Below, piece after piece: positions 49,621-58,080 of a stretch of DNA of 64,000 nt. Positions within the stretch are counted from its first letter, which is position 1; each line of letters opens with the position of its first letter. Position numbers and translations under genes: made by a program. The DNA is taken from positions 1 through 64,000 of IMG/VR virus record IMGVR_UViG_2895778652_000001. One strand, given 5' to 3'. Under the pieces are notes generated by a model, which saw only the letters and a list, made by a program, of their open reading frames with translations, did not search any database and was not told where the DNA came from. Origin of the DNA: a virus (Duplodnaviria > Caudoviricetes).

Positions 49621-50184
49621 TTACTTTTCTTTGAACGCGGCCAGCGCGCCGACCAACTGACCCATAACCCGGCCCCGGCCAGCAGCAAGCTGCGCGGGCA
49701 GTGCGAACAATCTGCCGTCGTCCAGTTCGGTGATGACGATTCCTTCCAGAGTGCTGTCTGGGTCAATTTGGACAATATGCCCGGCAGGAACTGTCCACTC
49801 TCCGTGGAGAGGACTTTTTAATTCCAACTCGATGAGGTTACGAGAATCCTCACCGTGCCCCCAGGGCTTTGGCCGGAACGTCCTGAAAGACCGCTGCTGC
49901 GGCAGAGGGATGTGGAACAACTTCCACGCCTCTTTGTCGGTAATTCCGAGCGTGCCTATGAAACGCTCAGCGGTGGCCTGCCGCATGCGGGCAATGTCCA
50001 GCTCCCCGGTGATGTACATGCCGAGGGTGCTGAGCGCGATATTGGATTTCTTTGCGAAGTCCTCTAGGAAAATCTCTCTGGAATCCAGAATGTGCTGAAA
50101 CACTTGCCCGCGATGCTGAGCCGTCTCAACACTCTCTGGGAGTGGAGTTGCGCGGCGTCGCGTGTAGCGTTTTGTGTCAGTCAT
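49621..50184 (-). CDS. CI-like phage repressor
   Basis: N-terminal XRE-like HTH (LEDFAKKSNIALSTLGMYITG) and a C-terminal S24-like beta domain; divergent from a cro-like gene. Confidence 0.75.
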   Translation of the reverse strand: MTDTKRYTRRRATPLPESVETAQHRGQVFQHILDSREIFLEDFAKKSNIALSTLGMYITGELDIARMRQATAERFIGTLGITDKEAWKLFHIPLPQQRSFRTFRPKPWGHGEDSRNLIELELKSPLHGEWTVPAGHIVQIDPDSTLEGIVITELDDGRLFALPAQLAAGRGRVMGQLVGALAAFKEK

Positions 50185-50396
50185 AGCACTTCCTATCTGC
50201 AAGTTTACCAGTAGCTGGGAGAATTATACAAGGGTCCATGTGAAGTAAACCCCGTTGCCAGCGCAAAAATACGCGGCAAGCTAAGTGTTCTGATCGGTAT
50301 TAGCCACAAGCTGATTAAGTGGTGGCGCGTTTCACCGTCTTCCAAAAATCCCCAGTTAGTGGTATTTTGTTGTCATGATTTCAGTAGCTGGTGAAA
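50185..50396. promoter_or_regulatory. cI/cro divergent control region with three operator-like sites
   Basis: (C)CAG-N4-TGGT sites at 50205-50224, 50348-50365 and 50378-50395. Promoters TTGTAT/TAAACT (leftward) and TTCCAA/TATTTT (rightward). Confidence 0.7.
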
Positions 50397-50695
50397 AGGT
50401 ACGCGCTGCCCGCTTGGCGGCGGGTATCCGATCTGTCCAGGCAGCAGCCCGCGCAGCGCACTTGAACTACAAGACGATTGAGGCATTTGAGGGGCGTGGC
50501 GACGCCAAGGTACCCACCAATCCAAAAATGGAAACCCTGCTCGCGCTGGCTGCTGCCTACGGCTGTAGCCCACGCGATTTTACCGAGAACCCCGAGGAGT
50601 GGGATCGTGCAGCCCAAGCACTGGGGCTGCCAGCCACTCTTGGCGCAGTCGTAGGAGGTCAGTACATAGAACCCGCCCTCAACCCCACGTCCTAA
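50375..50695 (+). CDS. Cro-like XRE HTH regulator
   Basis: GEKVRAARLAAG...YKTIEAFEGRG...NPKMETLLALAAAYGC. Confidence 0.82.
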   Translation: MISVAGEKVRAARLAAGIRSVQAAARAAHLNYKTIEAFEGRGDAKVPTNPKMETLLALAAAYGCSPRDFTENPEEWDRAAQALGLPATLGAVVGGQYIEPALNPTS

Positions 50696-50705
50696 AAAAG
50701 AAGTT

Positions 50706-50730
50706 GCCCCAGGGGTCAGATCCCAGGGGC
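50706..50730 (+). promoter_or_regulatory. Conserved leader hairpin, copy 1
   Basis: GCCCCAGGGGTCAGATCCCAGGGGC; 24/25 identical to 58081-58105. Confidence 0.6.
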
Positions 50731-50747
50731 GTTTTGGAGGTTCTCGT

Positions 50748-51455
50748 ATGACCAGCATTGTAGCAGTTCAAGAATTCCAGGGCGAGGCACGGGCGGACAG
50801 CCGCCATCTCGCTGCCCGCATGGAAAACAAGCACAAAAGCCTGATGAGTCTCATTGATGATTATGCCGAGGATTTTAGTCGCCTTGGACACCTGCGATTT
50901 GAAATGGAGACTGTTAAAAACAGCGTTGGAGCCGCAAATAAATCCCGTCATGCCCTCCTGAACGAAGACCAGTGCTACTTCCTCCTGACTCTGGTTCGCA
51001 ACAGCGACGCCACCGTCCCCATGAAGCGCGAGCTGGTCCAGGCGTTCGGGGAGTACCGCCGCCGCGTCGCCCTGGCCCCTGCGCCGATCCTGCCCACCGA
51101 TCCTCTGGAACTGCTGGAGCTGAGCCTGCGCGGCATGAAGCAGACCCGTGAGGAGGTCCGGGTGTTGCAGGCCACCACCGCCGCGCTGGAGGTCCGACTG
51201 GACAATACGCCCATTGCCATGCACCCCGAGATGGAGGCCACCATCTACGCGCTGTGTCAGGAGCTGGCCCGCGTCATCCCCGGCGGGTACAGCGCCGCGT
51301 ACCGGGCGTTCAAGAGCAAATTCGGGGAAGCGGGCCTGCCTCTGGCGAAATACACCAGTCTGCCCGCCCGCCGCTTCCCAGAGGGCTGTGGCTATCTGCG
51401 TGGCCTGATCGCGCAGCACAGCCAGGATGGCCGCTTGATTGAGGCGAGGGCATGA
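50748..51455 (+). CDS. rha: Rha-family regulator / antirepressor with an ORF6C-like C-terminus
   Basis: ADSRHLAARMENKHKS...LLNEDQCYFLLTLVRNS...KRELVQAF. Confidence 0.85.
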   Translation: MTSIVAVQEFQGEARADSRHLAARMENKHKSLMSLIDDYAEDFSRLGHLRFEMETVKNSVGAANKSRHALLNEDQCYFLLTLVRNSDATVPMKRELVQAFGEYRRRVALAPAPILPTDPLELLELSLRGMKQTREEVRVLQATTAALEVRLDNTPIAMHPEMEATIYALCQELARVIPGGYSAAYRAFKSKFGEAGLPLAKYTSLPARRFPEGCGYLRGLIAQHSQDGRLIEARA

Positions 51456-51799
51456 GCCGCAACATTCCGGCTCCACATGGCCTGTTCCCAGACGCCGATC
51501 CCAGTCGCACCTACCCGCCTGAGCTGCTCGCCGCTGCCCAGCGCCCCATGTCGCCCCGCCCCTATCAGCCGCCCACGCTGGAAGAAGTGCAGGACGACGC
51601 GCAGCTCGAAGAACTGCGCCAGCTCCTGACCAAACTCCTGGCCTGCCGCGAACGGGTGGACCCGGCGGTGTTTGAGGCCGGATTTATGGGCCTGGCCGTC
51701 AAGAACCTCGCGTATCACGCCCATGAACTGCTGGCCAAGTGGCTGGCCAGCAGCGCGCAGGCGGATGACCCGATGACGTTGGACGCGGCCAGCGCATGA
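51452..51799 (+). CDS. Hypothetical protein
   Basis: ATGA overlap with rha. Confidence 0.6.
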   Translation: MSRNIPAPHGLFPDADPSRTYPPELLAAAQRPMSPRPYQPPTLEEVQDDAQLEELRQLLTKLLACRERVDPAVFEAGFMGLAVKNLAYHAHELLAKWLASSAQADDPMTLDAASA

Positions 51800-51800
51800 G

Positions 51801-52316
51801 CTACATCCCTTTGATCAGCAGCTCGGCCAGCATGCCGCCAGTTTCCGTGCAGGTCATGCCCGCCTTGGCACCGCCTTCCTGCGCCGTGGCGAGCTGCCGC
51901 ATCACGTCGGGTAGCGGCATATCGCGGCCTGATTCCCTGCGCACCATCTGCTGCAAGTTGACCACCAGGTCCGCGACGCTGACGTTCGCGGGTGGACACA
52001 GCGTCTGGAGGCGGGCGTACTGGCGGGTCAACTCGGGATCGTTCTCGCTGACGCCCGCCACGATGGCGAGGTTCTGGATATCCGTGCGCGCAGGTGGGGC
52101 AGCTCGCCACGGCGCAGGCGCTGCGGTGCGCCGGTCTGCCCCACTGGGCAACACCCCCAGGATGCCCAATCCCACAACAAACACGAGTGCGCCCACCACC
52201 ACGCTCCTGAAGGTGCTGGCCATCGGTGGACGTGGCGTGCTGCGGCGGGCATGGACGGCGGCATACACCAGGGCCGCGCCCACGATCAGGAACACGGCAG
52301 CCAAAAGAGTGGACAT
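51801..52316 (-). CDS. Membrane moron protein (two TM helices plus an extracellular domain)
   Basis: Two TM helices; oriented opposite to the surrounding operon. Confidence 0.6.
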   Translation of the reverse strand: MSTLLAAVFLIVGAALVYAAVHARRSTPRPPMASTFRSVVVGALVFVVGLGILGVLPSGADRRTAAPAPWRAAPPARTDIQNLAIVAGVSENDPELTRQYARLQTLCPPANVSVADLVVNLQQMVRRESGRDMPLPDVMRQLATAQEGGAKAGMTCTETGGMLAELLIKGM

Positions 52317-52400
52317 GGGCCATTACACCACAGCCCCGCGCACTCGCTTTACGTAAACGACAGGCATCACTTCCCTCACCCACTCCCGGAGGTTCCGCCG

Positions 52401-52688
52401 ATGCAAGAGCTGATGAAAGGCCAGAAGTACACCATCACCGCCAACTCCGCCTGCGGAGACCGCAGTTACACCTGCGGCGTCCATATCGTCACGGCGTTCA
52501 ACGGCACCCACGTCCAGACCACCTACCACGACGACAATTTCGCGCCGCGCACGGTGATCCTCAACCGCCGTGAACACGTCTTCAGCCCCGCCGACGACTT
52601 TGCCCTGCCCACTGGCACGTTCAACCTCAAGGGCCTGGGCGATCTGCCCCTGCTTGATCCCGACACCACCACCGACGCCCTCAACTGA
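52401..52688 (+). CDS. Hypothetical protein
   Basis: GGAGG RBS before ATG 52401. Confidence 0.55.
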   Translation: MQELMKGQKYTITANSACGDRSYTCGVHIVTAFNGTHVQTTYHDDNFAPRTVILNRREHVFSPADDFALPTGTFNLKGLGDLPLLDPDTTTDALN

Positions 52689-52706
52689 CCCCAGGAGGTC
52701 CAAGCC

Positions 52707-52994
52707 ATGCGCACCCGAACTGAACGCCGAGCCACCGCCAACGCCCGCCACATCGCCCCCGCTGGAGCCATGAGCATGGCCACCGAACGCCTGATCGAGC
52801 GCACGCCCGCCAAGCACCTCGCCGTGTACGCCAACCCCGGCACCAAACGCCCGCAGAACTTCCTGAACCACAGCGGCGCATTCAGCGTGGCGGGCCGCTC
52901 CGAGCAGATCGCGGCCTACGCAGGCGGGGCCATCATCGCCCACCTGCCCAGAAGCCAAGCCCACCGCCACCTTCCGCACATGAAGCGCCGCTGA
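52707..52994 (+). CDS. Basic hypothetical protein
   Basis: AGGAGG RBS. Confidence 0.55.
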   Translation: MRTRTERRATANARHIAPAGAMSMATERLIERTPAKHLAVYANPGTKRPQNFLNHSGAFSVAGRSEQIAAYAGGAIIAHLPRSQAHRHLPHMKRR

Positions 52995-53235
52995 TGGACG
53001 CCCGCCTGCGCATGGGCGAACACGCCCGAGGGGATGACCTGCTTTTCCCGGCCCGCCAGACCACCGACACCGCCGATGTGCGCCCCACCTTCACCGCCCA
53101 GCGGGCCAGCACTGCCCAGGTCAAGGCCCAGGCCAAAACCCGCCGCAAGGCCAAGAAGGAAGCCCGCAAGAAGCAGCGCCGCTAAACACCCTCTCCACCT
53201 CCCCTCACGCCGCAGCCCGGCCCACTGGAGTCCTT

Positions 53236-53598
53236 ATGTCCGAGAAAGCCCCGCCCCTCACGCACGACACCATCGGAGAGCTGGAAGCTGGCGGTATCGG
53301 CTACGCGATCAACGCCGCCATTGAGGAAATGATGGCCGACTGCTCGCGCCGCCCCGGCCTGGAAAAGGCCCGCACGGTCACCATCACCCTGAAGTTCAAA
53401 CCCCGCGCCAGCACCCTGGATCAGGGCCGCGCCGGGCTGAACAGCGTGGGCGTCCTGGCCGACGTCAAGACCAGCTCGCCGCCACGCGCCAGCAGCGGTG
53501 AATTCCTGAACGTCGCCGAGAGCATTGGCGCAGACGGCAAGCCCGTGATTCAGGCCACCTTCGCCCAGATGCCGCTGCTGCGTGCCGGGAGCAACTGA
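53236..53598 (+). CDS. YfdP-like prophage protein
   Basis: KARTVTITLKFKP; paired with the downstream DUF2303-like gene. Confidence 0.55.
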   Translation: MSEKAPPLTHDTIGELEAGGIGYAINAAIEEMMADCSRRPGLEKARTVTITLKFKPRASTLDQGRAGLNSVGVLADVKTSSPPRASSGEFLNVAESIGADGKPVIQATFAQMPLLRAGSN

Positions 53599-54383
53599 TG
53601 AGCCACCTCGACAGCACCGCCATTCAAGACGTTGAACGCCTGACCAAGGAAGCCAACGGCATCCTGATCGAAGATGCCCGCCCCGGCAGCACCCACCTGA
53701 TCCGCAATCAAGAAGGGGAGCCTTACCTGTTCGTGGTGGAACTGGACCACCACAACACCACCGTGTTTGACCTGCCCAGCCTGAAAATCACTGCCGAGGC
53801 CAGCCACGAGGCCGGGGTGCTGGAGGCGATTTACGTCTCGGACGGCCAGATCGTGGCGCTATGCGAGGACGACGACATCGATCAGCGCTTTACCGCCGTG
53901 CTGAACCTGCCCCTGCACCCGGCCTTCGTGCGGGTGGCCTCGTGGAAGCAGCTCACCGCACTGACCCAGAAGGAACTGACCCGCCTGCTGCGCACCGAGT
54001 TGCGGGACCACGTGGATCCCACGGTGATCGACACATTCAGCGCCCTGAAGTTCACGAACAACCGGGAGCAGACCAGCGAGGTGCGCCCGGCCAGCAACGC
54101 CCTGGACAGCAGCATCCGCCAGAGCGTGGCAGACCGCAACGGGGGCAGCGCCCCGGAGGTCATCAAGCTCAACGTGCCCGTCTACGACATCCCTGACGCG
54201 CGCGGTGACCTGTACGAGGTCAACGTCTACGTCGAATTCGATCACGACGCGGGCAAGTTCCTGCTGCTGACCGTCCACGGTGACCTGCGTGCGGCCCAGG
54301 AAGAGGCCGTCTCGGCCCTGATCGCGGATCTGAAGGACCACGCCCAGGCCCGCTGGCCCGTGTTGTACGGCAAGCCTTCCTAA
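53598..54383 (+). CDS. YfdQ/DUF2303-like prophage protein
   Basis: LTQKEL, PEVIKLNVPVY and a C-terminal PVLYGKP. Confidence 0.55.
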   Translation: MSHLDSTAIQDVERLTKEANGILIEDARPGSTHLIRNQEGEPYLFVVELDHHNTTVFDLPSLKITAEASHEAGVLEAIYVSDGQIVALCEDDDIDQRFTAVLNLPLHPAFVRVASWKQLTALTQKELTRLLRTELRDHVDPTVIDTFSALKFTNNREQTSEVRPASNALDSSIRQSVADRNGGSAPEVIKLNVPVYDIPDARGDLYEVNVYVEFDHDAGKFLLLTVHGDLRAAQEEAVSALIADLKDHAQARWPVLYGKPS

Positions 54384-54809
54384 CACCTTCCCCGTGGATG
54401 GCCGTCCCACGTTAATCCCGGCCACCAAAGGTCCCACCGAGGACCGGGCAGCATGACAACATGAGCTTCAAGGCGTCCCAGCAGGATAGGGACGCTGTGC
54501 AGGCCCCACCGGCTCAGCCGGAGCGGCGCGTGAAGACGGAAACCACTGCCCCGTGGCAGCAGGTCCGGCGAGACACGGCCAAAGGTCCCTGCACCCCTGA
54601 GAACCCGCGAACTCCCAGCCTCTTCCTCGGCGCTGGCCCGCGCGGGGCGTTTCCCTTGACGCGAGACAAGGAGGCCGCCAATCCCAGCCAGGGCGGTCGT
54701 CGCGGACTCTGCCGAGTTGACGGCATAGGCAGGCCCGCCGCACGGCCCACATGCCCGATTCCACGAAGACGCAATACCCACGCCTCAGCCTTTGCGCTGG
54801 GGCGGTGTC

Positions 54810-54885
54810 GGGAGCGAAACCCCAATGGATGGGGATAGGTCCGAGTGAAGACCGAAAACAGCGGGTTCGACTCCCGCCGCTCCCG
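54810..54885 (+). tRNA. tRNA-like element with a non-canonical anticodon arm
   Basis: Acceptor GGGAGCG/CGCTCCC; D arm CCCC-AATGGAT-GGGG; T arm GCGGG-TTCGACT-CCCGC; 8-nt loop CGAGTGAA. Confidence 0.6.
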
Positions 54886-55596
54886 AATTCCAGCGCTGCG
54901 GAATTGACCGCAGGGCACCCGCCTCTGACAGAGTGACTGCTGAGGCACCACGCCCCTTACGGGGGGCGCACGCGCGTAGCAGGTCCGGCAGGCATTCCCG
55001 ATCAGGAGGGCTTGAACCACCGGACTGGACGACAGGGAATTTCACGCCCTACCCCGTGACTGTGAGGCGCGTCATCCGGCGTTCGTGGAGGGCCACCGTC
55101 CGCCATTGGCTGCCCTGTTCCAAGTAGCGTCAGGGCGCTTCTTTCCGCTGCGCTGGATGTCCCTGGGCGTCCACTGCGGCTTTTCCCCACCCTCGGCCAG
55201 AACATCCGGCCATCAACCGCCAGCGTCAATTAAGACACTGGCTTAAAGGCGCAATGCGCCGCGCGTCCCGCGCTCGCCACACACCGCGACAGGGAGGCCC
55301 ACCCGGCCAGCAGGGTGACGTTCGGCTCCGTTTGAGAGAAAACGGGCGACAGTCGGCATTCTCTGCCAGAGGCCAGGGCCGCGCGCCCCATGCGCGCACA
55401 GACCCTGCATTGCGTAGCAGCAAGCCCGGACAGGACAACACAGGTGGCCCTCTGCGCTGGACCTGTCCGGGCCTTACCGGCAGTCCCTGGTTGAGCCAGG
55501 AGCCGCCGAACCTCAGCCTCACCGGGAGGTCAAGCCCGGCCCGCCGCCGCAGTCTTTTGCACGGCGAAAGGAGATCCCATGAAGTAGTCCAGCGCT

Positions 55597-55682
55597 TGCG
55601 GGTGTGCCAGCAGAACGGCTAGCTGCTGGCCAATCACGGCGGACCCAGGTCCTTGCTGGTTCGAGTCCAGCGCCCGCCGCCA
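55597..55682 (+). tRNA. tRNA-like element (T arm, acceptor and encoded CCA; atypical 5' half)
   Basis: GCTGG-TTCGAGT-CCAGC-GCCCGCC-G-CCA; 5' TGCGGGT; 8-bp GCCAGCAG/CTGCTGGC arm. Confidence 0.5.
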
Positions 55683-55696
55683 ACAAAGGAGTGTTC

Positions 55697-55999
55697 ATGC
55701 CAACAACCCCCCAAACTGTCCGCAACGCCAGAGACGCCGCCGCCATCACCCACGCGGCGCTGCGGGCTGAACCCGTCGCGGACGAACTCACCCACGTCCT
55801 CCACGCCATCACCGTCCAGGCCGCTGACAAGAAGACGTGCCTGACCGATTACCTCATTCCGGCCCGCGTGCGCGTCCGGCTGGTGGAGGAGCTGCACGCG
55901 CTGCGGTTCGAGGCGTGGGCCAGCCTGCCCTTCCCCGAGGCCACCAAGGCGCGGCTGAACGTCAACTGGCCGGAAAACCCGGAGGCCCTGGATGTCTGA
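55697..55999 (+). CDS. Hypothetical protein (paralog of the next gene)
   Basis: AAGGAG RBS; RLNVNWPENP. Confidence 0.6.
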   Translation: MPTTPQTVRNARDAAAITHAALRAEPVADELTHVLHAITVQAADKKTCLTDYLIPARVRVRLVEELHALRFEAWASLPFPEATKARLNVNWPENPEALDV

Positions 56000-56417
56000 C
56001 CATCAGGAACGCGGCACGATCACGGGTCAGGATCTGGCCCGCCGTGCCTTCGCGGCCCGCAGGCTGCGCAAAGAGGAGCTGGCCGCAGATGCGCTGGTTC
56101 ATCAACTTGGATTCGTGGCGTTTCCGGTAGCGTGCCTCGGCCAGACGAGCTGCGACATTCACGTGCCGCCCGCCCTGGCCATAAAGGTGGCGAGTCAAGC
56201 CAACAGTCTCGGCTGCGAGGTCATTTACTGGCACCGAGGCTTTGCCGAAACGCCCACCGGACGCCTGACCCTGAGCTGGCCGGATGAACCGTACGACGGC
56301 GGCCCCCGGAACCGCCCACCCCCACCCGCCGGGCCGTTCTATGGCCAGTCCGAGGGCGGCAGAGCATTCTGGGACGCCCTACGGGACACCTTTGGTTTGA
56401 GGAAGCGCCCCGTATAA
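55992..56417 (+). CDS. Hypothetical protein (paralog of the previous gene)
   Basis: GGAGG RBS; RLTLSWPDEP. Confidence 0.6.
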   Translation: MSDHQERGTITGQDLARRAFAARRLRKEELAADALVHQLGFVAFPVACLGQTSCDIHVPPALAIKVASQANSLGCEVIYWHRGFAETPTGRLTLSWPDEPYDGGPRNRPPPPAGPFYGQSEGGRAFWDALRDTFGLRKRPV

Positions 56418-56474
56418 CTTTCTGCCGGAATTGCACCGTTCGGTATAACCGTGCAAAAGCCGTTTTCCTCGGTT

Positions 56475-57443
56475 TCACCAGTCCAGATTCACAGCCCGGT
56501 CCTGCTGCCTCGCATGATTGACGTACAGCGAACTCGTCTCCACCGAGGCGTGGCGCAGGTGGTCACGCACCTCCAGCAGATCGCGTGTCTGGCGATAGAC
56601 CTCGGTGCCTGCTGTGTGGCGCAGGCCGTGAACCTCGCGCCCCACATACCGCACGCCAGTCACCTTGCACAGCTCGCGCAGGCTGTCGCTGATGCCTTTT
56701 CGGGTCTCCCAATTCAGGACGCGCGGCCCGAGCTTCGGCGTCATCTCTACCCAGCGCGAGAGTGCCACGCCGCACCTCCGCGACACCGGCACCTCCTGAC
56801 GCTTCTGCCGCTTGCCGGTCACGGTCAGGTAAGGCCGCTCCGCCGTCAGGTGTAGGTCTGCCCGCATCAAACCCGCCATCTCCCCCACCCTCAGCCCACA
56901 GTGCGCACCCAGCAACACCATGACCTTCTGTTGTGGATCCGCCTGTCTCAGTAGCAACTCAATGTCCGCCTTGCTGTAGGGCTGGCGCTTCTGCCACGCC
57001 GGAACCGGATCGGGGGCGGCCCGCACGTCCGTCAGCGGGGCCGCGTCGCTCGCTCCTGACCACCGGAGCGCTGCGAAGAGCGCCCGCGCTGCCGCCAGTC
57101 GCACCCGCACGCTGCCTGGGGCCAGCCCGGAGGCTTCCAGATGGCGGGCGTACCCGTACCCGTCATTCGGACGGGGCCGCAGCAGGCTCATTCCGCCAGG
57201 GCCAGCCCAGTTCAGGAAGGCGGACAGTCCGGCGCGGTAGCTCATCAGGGTGTTCTGGCTGACCCGCGCGCCTGCACTTCCCCTGGTGACCAGAAATGCC
57301 TCGGTCAGATCCCACAGGCCCGCCTCGTCCCGCTCGGCAGCCCAGCGCAGGGCCTCTCGCCTCAGCGCGTCGGGTTCCAGCCGGGCAAGCCGTTCCGAGC
57401 GGGCGGCAAGGTCCAGTCGGGCGGCCATCAGATCAAGAGACAT
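56475..57443 (-). CDS. Tyrosine recombinase, paralog of 14459-15433
   Basis: GLRVGE, GKRQK, HGLRH, HLRHASVETSSLY. Confidence 0.93.
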   Translation of the reverse strand: MSLDLMAARLDLAARSERLARLEPDALRREALRWAAERDEAGLWDLTEAFLVTRGSAGARVSQNTLMSYRAGLSAFLNWAGPGGMSLLRPRPNDGYGYARHLEASGLAPGSVRVRLAAARALFAALRWSGASDAAPLTDVRAAPDPVPAWQKRQPYSKADIELLLRQADPQQKVMVLLGAHCGLRVGEMAGLMRADLHLTAERPYLTVTGKRQKRQEVPVSRRCGVALSRWVEMTPKLGPRVLNWETRKGISDSLRELCKVTGVRYVGREVHGLRHTAGTEVYRQTRDLLEVRDHLRHASVETSSLYVNHARQQDRAVNLDW

Positions 57444-57497
57444 GACCCAGCTTAAGCCGTGGCGGATGCTGGGTCAGAAGAGTCACAAGGCAGCCGA

Positions 57498-57514
57498 TTA
57501 CATCAGTTATGTAA
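57498..57514. promoter_or_regulatory. Palindrome upstream of the recombinase (candidate binding site)
   Basis: TTACAT-CAGTT-ATGTAA. Confidence 0.5.
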
Positions 57515-57542
57515 CCCCAACTAACTCAACGAGGTTTTACCC

Positions 57543-58043
57543 ATGACTGAACCCACTCCACCCGACAACCGCCTCTGGTGCTGGAGCCGTCACCCCAGCG
57601 GCCCCTTCCATGGACCAGACCCCGATCAAGGCACTTCAGCACTGGACTCGCTCAGCGATCCCACCACCCCAGCCATCCCAGAGAGCGATCAGCCATGGGT
57701 ATACATCGGGCGCTGTGCTCCAGGACTCGCCAGCAGCTTCCTGCCGGATCTGGACGGACTGATCGGCGACGCCCGCATCACGGCCTACGACATGCACCGG
57801 GACAGGCCGCTCAGCGCCCGCCGCCCGTCGGACTGGCTGGGCAACCTCAGTCCCGCCGAACACCAGGACCTGCTGGACCGCGTGGGCCGGGCCTTCGACG
57901 ATTGGGCCTCGCAGCACCACCGGCAGCCGGAGTTCTTCCAGGTGCAGGACGTGCAGGCGCTGACCTGGGCTGAAGCAGACGCGGTGGCCCGGGACTATGC
58001 GAAAGAGCTGCTCGCGGTCATGGCCAGCGGGGCAAGCCAGTAA
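57543..58043 (+). CDS. Hypothetical phage protein
   Basis: GAGG RBS; WASQHHRQPEFFQV. Confidence 0.6.
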   Translation: MTEPTPPDNRLWCWSRHPSGPFHGPDPDQGTSALDSLSDPTTPAIPESDQPWVYIGRCAPGLASSFLPDLDGLIGDARITAYDMHRDRPLSARRPSDWLGNLSPAEHQDLLDRVGRAFDDWASQHHRQPEFFQVQDVQALTWAEADAVARDYAKELLAVMASGASQ

Positions 58044-58080
58044 GGACGGCGGAGGCCAACAAGCCACCGCAATAGAAAAG

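Larger units (their letters stand above)
54384..55696 (+). ncRNA. Structured non-coding region (candidate large ncRNA or ncRNA cluster)
   Basis: About 1.3 kb with no convincing RBS-led ORF, more than 15 hairpins, repeated short motifs and two tRNA-like elements. Confidence 0.55.

Noticed and set aside
57498-57514. 17-bp palindrome considered as an RDRM
   Set aside because: The half-site TTACAT does not fit TTAYG. Its position suits a recombinase-associated site better.
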